Shown: piece after piece, positions 19,674 through 29,940 of the stretch
Position numbering within the stretch: the stretch's first letter is position 1
Layout: every line of letters starts with the position of its first letter
Source: an uncultured virus (IMG/VR IMGVR_UViG_3300034378_000060)
Taxonomy: Duplodnaviria; Heunggongvirae; Uroviricota; Caudoviricetes
Reading direction: 5' to 3' (one strand)
Virus record (IMG/VR): IMGVR_UViG_3300034378_000060
Length of the DNA: 64,000 nucleotides
Made by a program: the position numbers and the translations under genes
Notes under the pieces: model-generated
Databases searched by the model: none
Told to the model about the DNA's origin: nothing
What the model saw: the letters and a program-made list of their open reading frames with translations, nothing else

Positions 19674-20515
19674 CTAATGGTGATTTTGAAACTGGCGACT
19701 TTACTGGCTGGTCAACTTCTGGCGATGTAGAGATAACATCAACAAAAAAACACGCTGGGACATACTCAGCACAGATAAATACCCAAAACAGTTACATTGA
19801 ACAGGACATATCGCCAAATGTTGCTGTTGACGACTTGATAGCGTTCACCTTATGGTATTATCTCTCATTCGAATTCTCACCGCCAATAGGCGTAGAAATC
19901 ACAGTTAGAGTTACCTATACTGATGAATCTTACACGGACATCGTTCATGAGGGAACAAATCCAGAACACGATACGTGGACTCAACTAAACATATTAGCAA
20001 GCCTCACCGCTGGAAAGACGGTGGACAAAATCAGAATAACTCGGTCAAACAGCATGAGTGGTTGGTGTTGTATTGACGATGTGGCTTTTACGGCTTCCTC
20101 TGCCTCTGGAAGTGGTGACATTACGATAACAAACGATGGTGGAACGTTACTATGTCAAGCAATAAACTGGACTGAAGTTCAAATTAGCGAAGTGGCAATT
20201 CGAGATGTGCCAACGAGAACCGCTGGGGCTTTAGTAGATACTGGCACGTATGTCTTAAAGAATAGAAAGTTGAAGATGACGGTTAGATTAACCGATGCAC
20301 AGAAAACCATGCTTCAAGCCATCTTCGATGCAAATGCTAACTGCACAATTACGGCTAAGTGTGAAACTGGTGTTGCATATCCAAGATGGACTTACACGGC
20401 TTGGTTCAAAAATAAGAAACTTGAATGGAGATATAGAAAAGAAGGAAGTAACATAGTTGAATGGCTCACAGATTTGGAGTTCATTTGCACTACTTTCGCA
20501 TATGAAACATTGTAG
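19658..20515 (+). CDS. Tail protein: N-terminal CBM-like domain plus distal-tail-like domain
   Basis: NGDFETGDFTGW...IDDV carbohydrate-binding motif. The C-half shares LTDAQK with the next ORF. Confidence 0.6.
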   Translation: MRMPITNGDFETGDFTGWSTSGDVEITSTKKHAGTYSAQINTQNSYIEQDISPNVAVDDLIAFTLWYYLSFEFSPPIGVEITVRVTYTDESYTDIVHEGTNPEHDTWTQLNILASLTAGKTVDKIRITRSNSMSGWCCIDDVAFTASSASGSGDITITNDGGTLLCQAINWTEVQISEVAIRDVPTRTAGALVDTGTYVLKNRKLKMTVRLTDAQKTMLQAIFDANANCTITAKCETGVAYPRWTYTAWFKNKKLEWRYRKEGSNIVEWLTDLEFICTTFAYETL

Positions 20516-20524
20516 GTGATATGA

Positions 20525-20869
20525 ATGGCTATAACTTTAGACGGACAATCTTATTCGAACGTAATCGGGACAGAGTTTGCAGAAACAAAGCAAGTGCATA
20601 CGCCAGAATGGATAAATGATGCTTCCCCAGATGTTGACACAAACGTTTGGACTGAAGGTGTATTTCGAGTTACTTACGTGTTACGAGTAACAGACGCTCA
20701 GAAGTGGGCATTAGACCAAGACCTAACCAGTCACGCAACCGTTACGCTTGTTGATAGTGACTATGACATTAACCATGCTGTCTGGGTTCGGAAGATAGAA
20801 GCAATCTACGAAAGAGGACGCAATGACACAAGTCGCTGGCGTATAATAATCGAGTTGATATACGCATAG
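20525..20869 (+). CDS. Distal-tail-like protein, paralogous to the C-half of 19658..20515
   Basis: VDT...RVTDAQK versus VDT...RLTDAQK. Confidence 0.5.
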   Translation: MAITLDGQSYSNVIGTEFAETKQVHTPEWINDASPDVDTNVWTEGVFRVTYVLRVTDAQKWALDQDLTSHATVTLVDSDYDINHAVWVRKIEAIYERGRNDTSRWRIIIELIYA

Positions 20870-20983
20870 CGTTAAGTGTAAGCAAAACCTTTATATACTA
20901 TTCATCACCATCTTTTACGTTAGGAGACGGGCGTTCCTCTCATGGAAGGCGGGTCTCGTTAAACAAAGGAAGTGATATGAAAT

Positions 20984-22072
20984 ATGGCATATTCTACTGA
21001 AGATAACGTTTATGAAGCGACAGGCATGAGTAATGAAGTTATTCGTAATCTCAGCGGAAAAACTGAGGCTCAAGTAACAACGCTTGTCCAAGATTTCATA
21101 GCCAAAGCAGATGACCGTATAAAGCGGTTGATGAAAATCCCGATAACTATCCGAAAGGAAAGACATATCTTCGACAAGAACTACACAGAAGAATTGGGTC
21201 CAGACCAAGACGACTTTGAAGTGTTCGATTATGACCCAGCGAATTGTGTGGAAGCAATCTACGCTCTATATACCAACAAAAAGAGACGAATCAAACTTCC
21301 ATATCCAAGAGATTGCGACTCAAAGACTGAAGCACACACAGACTATACATCCTCAAATTGCGTATTAACCACAGAAAGTTCAGATAAGAAGTGTGGAGAT
21401 GCATCAATTAAAGGAGTCTTCTCAGATGCTGGTTATTTCGGATTTCCAGCAAATGCAGACTTGAACAAGAACATCTATCCATGGGACTACATGGGATTCT
21501 GGTTTAAAACCAGCGACTCAACAGCAACCTTTACGGTTCGAATCTATGACATAGATGGAAACTATGATGAAAAGACATTCACTCTTGAAAAGAACGGCAT
21601 CTGGTATGTTGTCGGTCTCGATATGAGCGATTTCACAAGTAATGTGGCGTGGTCTGAGAAAAAATGTTATGAAGTGAGAATCTACTCAGACATAGCATGC
21701 ACAGTTTACTTCGACAATTGGAGTCTTAATCAAGGGTTCTTCTGGACTTACCCAGAAGGGTTGCTTGTCTGGTCAAAAGACCAATCTGACGAATACCCAA
21801 ATGAAACAGTTTACATCACTTACTCTTATGACCCATATCTGAACACCGCCCCAGAAGTCGTAAAACAAGCATCTGCAAAACTGGCGGGCGTTTACTTGCT
21901 CGACTACCTTATAGGCATTCGAATCCGAACAGTTGGCTTCGAAGCGATGAGTGAAAGTCTTGAGTTTGATGCCGAACGTGAAGTGTTGGTTTCTCATAGG
22001 ACTAAACTTCAAAAAGAAGCAGAAGAACTAATCGCAACAATCGGATACGGAACACATCAAGGAATAGGTTAG
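20984..22072 (+). CDS. Head-tail adaptor-like protein with inserted CBM-like domain
   Basis: MAYSTEDNV...IAKADDRI and PEVVKQASAKLA adaptor-like ends flank a beta insert. Confidence 0.55.
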   Translation: MAYSTEDNVYEATGMSNEVIRNLSGKTEAQVTTLVQDFIAKADDRIKRLMKIPITIRKERHIFDKNYTEELGPDQDDFEVFDYDPANCVEAIYALYTNKKRRIKLPYPRDCDSKTEAHTDYTSSNCVLTTESSDKKCGDASIKGVFSDAGYFGFPANADLNKNIYPWDYMGFWFKTSDSTATFTVRIYDIDGNYDEKTFTLEKNGIWYVVGLDMSDFTSNVAWSEKKCYEVRIYSDIACTVYFDNWSLNQGFFWTYPEGLLVWSKDQSDEYPNETVYITYSYDPYLNTAPEVVKQASAKLAGVYLLDYLIGIRIRTVGFEAMSESLEFDAEREVLVSHRTKLQKEAEELIATIGYGTHQGIG

Positions 22073-22082
22073 GTGACTATCA

Positions 22083-22553
22083 ATGTCTGCTAATGAAGGC
22101 TATATGAATGACGTGAAAGTTAAACTCATTGAGAAGATAGTGGCTTCACATGTTGACTTAACTGCAAGTAAGGTTCATGCAGACTGGAAACTGAACGTAT
22201 GGAAACTTGCTCAATCAGCAATGCCAGCCGTAACCGTTCGAATCATGCCCTCAGTAAGCAAAGATATTGCTTATGGTCGCCAAGTTAGCAAAACACAAAA
22301 AGGTCTCTATGTTATATACAGTTTCTCCGCTCACATATGGGCTGTTCGAGCGAGTGGAAGCGTAAAAGCAGAATCGGCACAAGACTTGGCTGATGCAATA
22401 GAAACGTACTTGCTACAAAACGCTCAAGATACCACAACTGGTATTGTATATGTCTTTGACATTACAAAGCGAGAGTCACAACCAGAACGTGGGGCAAAAC
22501 GTTATCAACGAATCATCATGAACGGAAAGATTCTTGCTCGAAAACCGTTCTAA
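22083..22553 (+). CDS. Tail terminator/completion-like protein
   Basis: MPAVTV...AQDLADAIETYL pattern and position. Confidence 0.5.
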   Translation: MSANEGYMNDVKVKLIEKIVASHVDLTASKVHADWKLNVWKLAQSAMPAVTVRIMPSVSKDIAYGRQVSKTQKGLYVIYSFSAHIWAVRASGSVKAESAQDLADAIETYLLQNAQDTTTGIVYVFDITKRESQPERGAKRYQRIIMNGKILARKPF

Positions 22554-22737
22554 ACAAAAGGTGGTGATTAACTTTGAAATACGTTGAAGAAACTCCACGT
22601 AGTAATCTAATGCAAACAAGACAATGCTTAGATTGTGGTAAAAACCTTTCTCCCAATCAAATATCATGCTATTGTGGTAAATGCATTAGAAAACGCACAG
22701 AAGAGAATACCATAAAGATTTACAAAGACCACGAACG

Positions 22738-23217
22738 TTAAACAAATACCTTCAATTTTTTTTCTGTTTTCTCGTAGTCCGCTTCAACTTCTTGAGGATT
22801 ACCAGTTATAACTTCAATCATCAGATTGTGAAAACGGCGATGTAATTCTTCATCTGAAATTATAGAAGTTGAATCTGGAACGATGTTGCTTCCCTTCAGG
22901 CGATACCATGTTTCATTATTTGTTGACCACTCAAAGATAGTGATGAAAATTGCATGTTTGATTGAGGGAGAAAATAGTTCTTCTTTACTCACCAGTTTAG
23001 ATTTGCCTATGAGCAAGTTTAAGCAGTTCGAGCAACTGAAGTTAATGCCAGACAATACCGTGGCTGGTTTGTTACAGAACTTACACGATGGGTCTTTCAC
23101 GAATTCTGGGATAGGAGAAATTCTAACAGAGCCACCGACTTCTGATTTAAAAGATAGAGTCTCTATCATCCGTTCTTTATGCCGACTTTTCGTGGCAACA
23201 CGGATGACTATCTTCAT
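22738..23217 (-). CDS. Hypothetical protein with CxxC pairs
   Basis: CKFC...CSNC, with a TAATG overlap. Confidence 0.55.
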   Translation of the reverse strand: MKIVIRVATKSRHKERMIETLSFKSEVGGSVRISPIPEFVKDPSCKFCNKPATVLSGINFSCSNCLNLLIGKSKLVSKEELFSPSIKHAIFITIFEWSTNNETWYRLKGSNIVPDSTSIISDEELHRRFHNLMIEVITGNPQEVEADYEKTEKKLKVFV

Positions 23218-23669
23218 TACGCATACACCCGTAATCTACGTTTCCTTCGCAAACATTGTGGAATCCAAACAAAGTCTGTGTCAGACCACTCGTGAGGACA
23301 TTCTGGATTCTCGTTGATAATAACGAATCGTCTCTTCATCTTTGGAGTGTTAAGATGTTCCATTCCAAGTTTCTCGTAGAAACCAACGGAACTATCAACG
23401 CTATAAAGGAATATTGGCATTTGAGTCATCTCAGCAACAAACATCATGTACTCCATCATCAATCTTCCATATCCACAACGTTTATGGCGTGAGGCTGTAT
23501 CAACATCCGATATATAGATGTGAGTCGTATCAACCCAAAACTTGATTTTGCATACAGGAGAACGTCCCTTTACTAACATGATTTCTCCGCTAAATGTTCG
23601 TATGTCACCTTTGGATGGATTTCTATGGTAGGCGGAATACACCAGTTTGAAACCAGTCTTCCGAGTCAT
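23217..23669 (-). CDS. GNAT family acetyltransferase
   Basis: HKRCGYGRLMM and GFYEKLG. Confidence 0.8.
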   Translation of the reverse strand: MTRKTGFKLVYSAYHRNPSKGDIRTFSGEIMLVKGRSPVCKIKFWVDTTHIYISDVDTASRHKRCGYGRLMMEYMMFVAEMTQMPIFLYSVDSSVGFYEKLGMEHLNTPKMKRRFVIINENPECPHEWSDTDFVWIPQCLRRKRRLRVYA

Positions 23670-23764
23670 TATAACTCACTTGCTATTACATTTGCCAGCC
23701 CTTTATATAAACCTTGCGGGTTGTTAATCAATTGCTTAAGTGACCGTAAGCCTTAAATAAGGCG

Positions 23765-24079
23765 ATGAGCAATCAATTGGTAGTGAAACAAATGGACTTA
23801 GTATTGGCAAAGATATTCTTCAATATTGCTAACCTTCTATTCATTGCTGGTTCTGTATCGTTACTCAATGATTTCCGCAAGAATCCAATCAAATACAAAC
23901 TTTGGAGTGCGGGACTGACGTTTCTTGCTATGGCAAACATCCAAGTCGGATATGTCTTCTTAGAAGACTGGTTAAGCATTGCTCTTGCAGTTCCAACAGT
24001 AGTTTACTGGGCGGTAGCATCATTCTACTCACTCATCAAAGGTTTGCAAGAACGGAAGAATAAAAATGCATCAGCATAA
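23765..24079 (+). CDS. Small membrane protein (PQ-loop-like, about 3 TM)
   Basis: Three hydrophobic segments. Confidence 0.55.
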   Translation: MSNQLVVKQMDLVLAKIFFNIANLLFIAGSVSLLNDFRKNPIKYKLWSAGLTFLAMANIQVGYVFLEDWLSIALAVPTVVYWAVASFYSLIKGLQERKNKNASA

Positions 24080-24326
24080 ACATGCAATCAATGAAACCAA
24101 AGCACGGTCTTTTCTCAAGTCCGTGACTGGACGATTAATTGAGATTACCGTAGGGACTGTTGTCCAAGGAATTGTACTTACATTGCTCGGATTTCCTTCC
24201 GCATTCGAATTAGGATTTATGATGACGCTTATTGAGGAAATTACTTGTTTCTCGATTTGTTTCGTAAACGAACGAATCTGGAGCAAAATAGATTGGGGAC
24301 GAAAAATAGAGGACGTTGAAGAGTAA
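24066..24326 (+). CDS. DUF2061-like membrane protein
   Basis: ETKARSFLKSVTGR...ERIWSKIDWGR. Confidence 0.65.
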   Translation: MHQHKHAINETKARSFLKSVTGRLIEITVGTVVQGIVLTLLGFPSAFELGFMMTLIEEITCFSICFVNERIWSKIDWGRKIEDVEE

Positions 24327-26758
24327 TGTGGTTTCTAATCTCAGCCAGTTACAGCAGTAAACTAAATGCGGTGTGTCTTACATTCTATAACACCGAAACT
24401 GGTGAGATGAGAAACTGGTTTGATGCTGACTTTAAGGCTAATTGTTTAGCCGACCCGAAAACAGACCTTGACTTCCTTAAAGATGTCGTAAACATTGAAC
24501 AAGTACGGAAATACGATGCACTCCATGATAGTAATGTTACTCTGAACAAAGTTTCTTTTACGACACCAGACAAAGTTAAGCAAACTCACAAGGCTGAAGG
24601 ATTCTGGGAGAATCATATACGCTTCTACCAGAACTACATCTACGAAAACGACATCCAAATGGGGATGCCTTACGAATTCGAGAATGGACACTTAACTATC
24701 CAAAAAATACCCGAAATAGATAGTCGAGTATCGAAAATTCTTGAGTTATTCCCAGAAGAGTCACGAGACCAGATTAAGCGGTTCGTTCAGATGTTCGAAT
24801 ATCCAGTTCCAGACTTCAAACGGGTGGCTCTGGACGCTGAGATTCTGAATAAAGACCACAAAACGATTCCAAATCCAGATTCGGCTAATCTTCCAGTTGT
24901 TTGTATAACATTCTTAGGAAGTGACGGAAGACGAATTGCATATCTTCTCAACCAAGGAAAAGACTTTGTAAAGATGCCAAACGTTGATGAACTGGTAATT
25001 TTCAACGATGAAAAAGAGTTGCTTGAAGCAACATTCAAACTCATGTTAGAGTATCCATTCATAATTACTTTCAACGGGGACGAATTCGACCTTCCATACT
25101 TCAAGAATCGAGCCATTAGACTTGGAATCCCAGAAGAGACTATTCCAATTAAAAAAGTGAAAGACGCTTGCATAGTAAAACATGCAACTCATATTGACCT
25201 ATACAAATTCTTCAATATTAAAGCCATCAGAATCTACGCCTTCAAAGGCAAGTATAAACGTGTAACGCTGGATGCTGTCGGGAAGGCTCTTTTGAAGAAA
25301 GGCAAGTCGTTAGAGCCGTGGGAGAAAGACATGCGAGAAATGTCATACGAGCAAATGACCAACTACTGTATGACCGATACCGAGATAACATACAATCTAA
25401 CTGCTTTCGACAACAATCTGGTCATGAACCTTATCCTTGCTCTTACAAGAATGTCACAGATGCCAATTGATGTAGTATGCCGAAAATCTGTGTCTCTCTG
25501 GATTAAAAGCATTCTCTACTACGAACATAAGAAGAATGGGTATCTAATTCCAACCCAAGAGGAAATCCGTGAGATAAAAGGTGAAACGGCAAGCAAAGCC
25601 ATAATCAAAGGAAAGAAGTATAAAGGGGCTATCGTATTCCCACCAAAAGGTGGTTCTCATTGGAACGCCAAAGTAGGAGACTTCGCAAGTCTATATCCAA
25701 GCATTCTTAAAGTCTATAACATTGGTTATGCTACAATCAATTGCCCACATGAGGAATGCAAACATAACAAGGTAGGGGAGTTGCCACATTGGATTTGCAC
25801 TAAACATAAGGCTCTTGAAAGTATCCTCATTGGCGGAATCAGAGATATGCGAGTGATGTATTACAAGAAGAAGGCGAAAGACAAAACGATTGGAAAAGAC
25901 CTTCAAAACTGGTATAGCGTTGTTGAACAATCCATCAAGGTTATTATGAATGCTTCATATGGCGTTCTCGGCTCAGAATCATTCGTGCTTTATTGTCCAC
26001 CTTCAGCAGAAGAAGTTACTGGTATTGCCAGACATATTATCAGCCATACAGCCCAACACGCAGAGGAAATCGGCTTAGAAGTCCTCTATGGAGATACAGA
26101 TAGCATCTTCATTAAGAATCCACCAGAAGATAAACTTGCCGAACTGGTAAAGTGGACTGAAGAAAAGTATCACATTGACTTTGAAATCGAGAAGACCTAT
26201 CGTTACGTCTGTTTATCCGAGCGAAAGAAGAATTATCTCGGCGTAAAGGAAGATGGGGACGTTGATGTTAAAGGCATGACTGGTAAGAAACGCCACACAC
26301 CCAAAATATTCAAGGACGCTTTCACCAAGACCAAAACAGTTCTTGCGGGAGTCCAAAACCCAGAAGAACTTCAACAAGCCAAAGAAGAGATTAAACAACT
26401 GGTCAAAACAGTCTATGCTACTTTGAAGAATCGAAAATGGAAAGACATGGAAGACCTTGCGTTCAACATGGGTCTAAACCGAGAGATAGAAAAGTACACG
26501 AAAACTACTCCACAACATGTGAGAGTTGCAAGGTTGATGATTGAGGCTGGCTATACTGTTGAAGTTGGGGCAATAATCAGTTTCGTCAAGACCACAACCA
26601 AAGACGGCGTAAAACCTACCAACCTAACAAAGAAGAATGAAGTCAACGTTAGTAAATACATAGAGTTTCTACGTTCAACGTTTGAACAAGTTCTCGACCC
26701 GCTGGAAATAGAGTTTGATGAACTGGTAGGCGTGGTCAAACTTGAACAATGGTTCTGA
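24326..26758 (+). CDS. polB: Family B DNA polymerase (PolB1-like)
   Basis: Exonuclease motifs DAE and FNGDEFD, polymerase motifs DFASLYPS, KVIMNASYG and YGDTDS, and a PIP-like C-terminus KLEQWF. Confidence 0.95.
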   Translation: MWFLISASYSSKLNAVCLTFYNTETGEMRNWFDADFKANCLADPKTDLDFLKDVVNIEQVRKYDALHDSNVTLNKVSFTTPDKVKQTHKAEGFWENHIRFYQNYIYENDIQMGMPYEFENGHLTIQKIPEIDSRVSKILELFPEESRDQIKRFVQMFEYPVPDFKRVALDAEILNKDHKTIPNPDSANLPVVCITFLGSDGRRIAYLLNQGKDFVKMPNVDELVIFNDEKELLEATFKLMLEYPFIITFNGDEFDLPYFKNRAIRLGIPEETIPIKKVKDACIVKHATHIDLYKFFNIKAIRIYAFKGKYKRVTLDAVGKALLKKGKSLEPWEKDMREMSYEQMTNYCMTDTEITYNLTAFDNNLVMNLILALTRMSQMPIDVVCRKSVSLWIKSILYYEHKKNGYLIPTQEEIREIKGETASKAIIKGKKYKGAIVFPPKGGSHWNAKVGDFASLYPSILKVYNIGYATINCPHEECKHNKVGELPHWICTKHKALESILIGGIRDMRVMYYKKKAKDKTIGKDLQNWYSVVEQSIKVIMNASYGVLGSESFVLYCPPSAEEVTGIARHIISHTAQHAEEIGLEVLYGDTDSIFIKNPPEDKLAELVKWTEEKYHIDFEIEKTYRYVCLSERKKNYLGVKEDGDVDVKGMTGKKRHTPKIFKDAFTKTKTVLAGVQNPEELQQAKEEIKQLVKTVYATLKNRKWKDMEDLAFNMGLNREIEKYTKTTPQHVRVARLMIEAGYTVEVGAIISFVKTTTKDGVKPTNLTKKNEVNVSKYIEFLRSTFEQVLDPLEIEFDELVGVVKLEQWF

Positions 26759-26832
26759 TTGTCTTACTTGTCTGTATCGGCGAGCATGCTTCAAACATTT
26801 TGCTCTAAGACTAACTAAACAATGTCCAAAGG

Positions 26833-27180
26833 ATGTTATTCACAAACGTAAAGTTTAAATATAGGAATCTAATAATCTTCATAGTATTTGTGGTGTCCCA
26901 TATGGACGACAAAGAGAAACGATTTAATGGGATAAGCCCAGATTTCAGGAAAGCAATCGAAGAGTTAGGAGACTGTCCAGAGGACATCTTTAAGATGGCA
27001 AAGACAGACTTTGAGAAAGCAGTTGCCGTAGAATTTTTCAAGAACCAAGAAGACCGAAACATTATCAAAGCCAAGTTCGACCACTTGGAAACCCTCATTA
27101 AAGGACTTATCGGTGGGACTGGTCTGATTGGCGTGTGCTTCGTAATCAAACTTGCTCTCGAATATCTGGCTGGCATCTAA
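26833..27180 (+). CDS. Small protein with C-terminal TM helix (likely start MDDKEK)
   Basis: Hydrophobic C-terminus. Confidence 0.55.
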   Translation: MLFTNVKFKYRNLIIFIVFVVSHMDDKEKRFNGISPDFRKAIEELGDCPEDIFKMAKTDFEKAVAVEFFKNQEDRNIIKAKFDHLETLIKGLIGGTGLIGVCFVIKLALEYLAGI

Positions 27181-27220
27181 AACTACTTTTGTAAACTCGT
27201 GTGAAACGATGTAAATCGTT

Positions 27221-27237
27221 ACCGAAAGGTTTAAATA
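27221..27237 (+). promoter_or_regulatory. BRE-TATA promoter with no downstream ORF
   Basis: ACCGAAAGGTTTAAATA, identical to the minus-strand 17-mer at 60003-60019. Confidence 0.6.
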
Positions 27238-27290
27238 CTCGTTTTCGGCATGTTTTCACATAGAGGACGGAAAATAAGAATAAACCAATC

Positions 27291-27354
27291 TGGATGTTGG
27301 AGAGATGGATTCCATCCCTCATGCACGGGGGCAAACTCTCCCCGTTCTCAACCC
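27291..27354 (+). ncRNA. Candidate small structured RNA
   Basis: Hairpins GATGGA/TCCATC and CGGGGG/CTCCCG, closing stem GTTG/CAAC, ending in CCA followed by a T-run. Confidence 0.35.
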
Positions 27355-27419
27355 ATTTTTACATTATTTAACATAATATCCCAAAAAGTGGCATATTGTG
27401 TGATAAATCAGAAAAACAG

Positions 27420-27638
27420 TTAATTCTCGTCCAATATAAGACGTAACATCTCGACAAACTCTTTCGGAGACATGTTTTCGATGTCATCTCGATACTTTTT
27501 GAAGACTTTACGCATCTTTTCCAATCTACGTCTGGCTTCAAGGTTCTCTTTCTCTATCCAAGCCCTATACAACGTAGCAATTAGCATGCTCAACATGACG
27601 ATGAAGTTCATCACGTAGATGGCAAGAAGCCCGTCCAA
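27420..27638 (-). CDS. Small membrane-anchored protein
   Basis: N-terminal TM helix followed by a coiled coil. Confidence 0.6.
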   Translation of the reverse strand: MDGLLAIYVMNFIVMLSMLIATLYRAWIEKENLEARRRLEKMRKVFKKYRDDIENMSPKEFVEMLRLILDEN

Positions 27639-27911
27639 CTAAGCCACCTTAGTTAACTTGAAACTGTCTCCGTTGTTAGTTATCAACTCAACCGTGTAAG
27701 TGTTACCAGCAGACCAGACGTAATCAAATGTGAACGTGTAGGAGTTACCGTCTTTAATAGTCTTTGGCGGGTGAGAAACATCTACACCGTTTATCTTAAA
27801 GTCTGAGAATCGAACATCAGTAGTTCCAAGATTGGTAACAGTCACATCTACTTCGTCACCAGTCTTAAACTCAACTGAGGTCAATATGGCAATAAACTCA
27901 TCCTCTGGCAT
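27639..27911 (-). CDS. Ig-like domain resembling the globular part of archaeal pilin-like proteins, without signal peptide
   Basis: VTVTNLGTTDV...KING...WSAGNTYTVELIT. Confidence 0.5.
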   Translation of the reverse strand: MPEDEFIAILTSVEFKTGDEVDVTVTNLGTTDVRFSDFKINGVDVSHPPKTIKDGNSYTFTFDYVWSAGNTYTVELITNNGDSFKLTKVA

Positions 27912-28842
27912 TACTTCAATACACCACGTTATACAGGGAATTACTGGTATTTAAGTCTTGCGGGCATTTAATCAATTGCTTAACTACGAAACAAAAACAA
28001 AAGAGGGCTTTGCCCGCAATCCGCACCCCAACGCATGCCGAGTATCTTCAAGAATTGCAGATGTTTCGAATGCGTCTCAGCCAGCCCGCTGTGCGTGGCA
28101 CAATGGGAGAAATTATACACCGCCGTATAATACGCAAGTGTATAACTAACCTTCTCCAAAACAATCCTTTTTTTGGGGAACGTTACCATTATGTTTTTTT
28201 CCGAGAATCTTAGTGTTCTGCTGGCACATTACTAAGAAACTCAGAAATTTCAATAATGGGCGGTGTATCAACATGGTTACTATAATCAAGGGCATGCTCA
28301 TCCGAGACCAGTAACAAACCAACCACATTGAACATCTCTCCGAAATTCTTGTTAGTAGGGTTCACGTAGATAATAGACCAATTTTTGACTAACAATAAGC
28401 ACCCACGGGGTATGCTGTTTTGGGGCTTGTTCTGGGTTTGTTTGGGTGGGGGAGTCTCTGTTCTGGCTTGTTTTGCCAAGTTGATGAATAGAAAAGGGTG
28501 TGTTGGTTCTACGGGTGTTTCTAAGGGCACGGCTTGTCTATTAGTCTCTTCTCCATCCAGTAAACAACCAACCAACCACAATACGGGCTTATTTTCTTTA
28601 CGTAATAAACTTCCCTAAACAAACAACACTTTAAACCATTAGCACCCCCAGTTTATAGGGTGTGTTATTGTTGGGTGTGTGTCTTCTTATTGTCTTGCTG
28701 TTGTGGTTGTGGTGTGTCTTGGTGTGTTGTGGTTAACCTTTTTGAATCTTGCGAAAAAATTCTGGGTGCATGCTGTTGTCTATTTGGTTAACTGTTCCAT
28801 AAGGGTTTAATGTTTCCTTATGGCTGAGAATCTAAAAAGGGT

Positions 28843-29208
28843 TTAAATGTAGTAGTTTAAGCATTCGGGCGAGATTTGGGCTTGTTTCAGGATTCTAATC
28901 GCTTTTCGGGTGTCTTCTTGGTTAAGGCTTGGTTGCCAGCGTCCTTTCACCATTCTACCCTTAACTCTGACTGGAATCGTCTGAATATTGCGTCTTGTTG
29001 CCAGTAATTCAGTTCTAACCTTATCTCGGTCAATAACTGGCTGATACTGTTCGTGCCATGCTGGATTTATCTCCACGGCGATTCTAAGAGTTGGAAAGAA
29101 GAAATCCAGCCAGAAATGACGGTATTTTCCGTTTTGCTTGAAGTTAACGAACTGTTCATGAGTAAAGGGCAAATCTGGGAACAGTTTTTCGATTATGTCC
29201 TTAAACAA
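28843..29208 (-). CDS. DUF559/Vsr-like endonuclease
   Basis: LDFFFP..RIAVEIN..WH...DRDKVR. Confidence 0.7.
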   Translation of the reverse strand: MFKDIIEKLFPDLPFTHEQFVNFKQNGKYRHFWLDFFFPTLRIAVEINPAWHEQYQPVIDRDKVRTELLATRRNIQTIPVRVKGRMVKGRWQPSLNQEDTRKAIRILKQAQISPECLNYYI

Positions 29209-29307
29209 TTGCTCAGATTTGGTAAAGACGCTTGAATCGTGCCCGTGGTTGTAAAAGCAGTTATGAAAACCCTTTCCATTGCCTTTCGACAGTTTTTTCA
29301 GCCTCTT

Positions 29308-29682
29308 TTACTTAATCTCCACGAAATAGGGCTTGTTGTTGACAACGTAGAGAAAACAGGCTTGCTTTAGCAGTTTACCGACTCGTTTGGCTTCCGAATC
29401 GAGAATGCTTAATGTTTCGTCCTTGTCTCGCTTAGAGAAGATTAGAATATACTGGATTTCGTCAGATTCGATTTCTCCACGCTCGTTTATCCAAAAGCCG
29501 ACTATTCTGGGCTTGCTTTCCCTTTTCTTGCCAGCATAGAACAGTTCTTCACGAGAGAAGCCTTCAAAAGCGGTGAATCCGCCAAATTCCCGTGCTAAAG
29601 TCTCGTAGAACGATTTCAGACATGGCTGTGGCTCGATTCTCGGAACGAAGATTTCTATTCGAAGGTTTTCCAGTTTAATCAC
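29308..29682 (-). CDS. Hypothetical protein (PII/DUF3574-like)
   Basis: FGGFT...GFW...E pattern. Confidence 0.45.
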   Translation of the reverse strand: MIKLENLRIEIFVPRIEPQPCLKSFYETLAREFGGFTAFEGFSREELFYAGKKRESKPRIVGFWINERGEIESDEIQYILIFSKRDKDETLSILDSEAKRVGKLLKQACFLYVVNNKPYFVEIK

Positions 29683-29940
29683 CTATTTGGTCTTCTTTGG
29701 GAGATTGCGGTAATATCTGAGTTTTAAACTATCCCAGCGTTTGTAGAATCGAATGATTTCGCCGACTATCTTCAATCTGGTCACTATTCCGCATTTCTCG
29801 CACTTTCCTTTGATGGTTTTCTGTTTGCGTCTCAAATCGGTGAAGATTTTGTGTTTGCACTTGCGACATTGAAGGATATAGGTTTTAAAGCCTTTCTTGG
29901 GCTTGACTACGCCTTTTATATCCATTTTAGCACTCACCAC
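29683..29940 (-). CDS. Basic Zn-ribbon protein
   Basis: CRKC...CEKC. Confidence 0.55.
   Translation of the reverse strand: MVSAKMDIKGVVKPKKGFKTYILQCRKCKHKIFTDLRRKQKTIKGKCEKCGIVTRLKIVGEIIRFYKRWDSLKLRYYRNLPKKTK

Noticed and set aside
20920..20960. Hairpin GAGAC...GTCTC in the leader of 20984
   Set aside because: A single imperfect hairpin is insufficient to call a riboswitch or ncRNA.
27958..28618. Several overlapping short ORFs on both strands
   Set aside because: They have low-complexity composition, no motifs and conflicting frames. One ends FLFRS, which is not a terminal FxFR.
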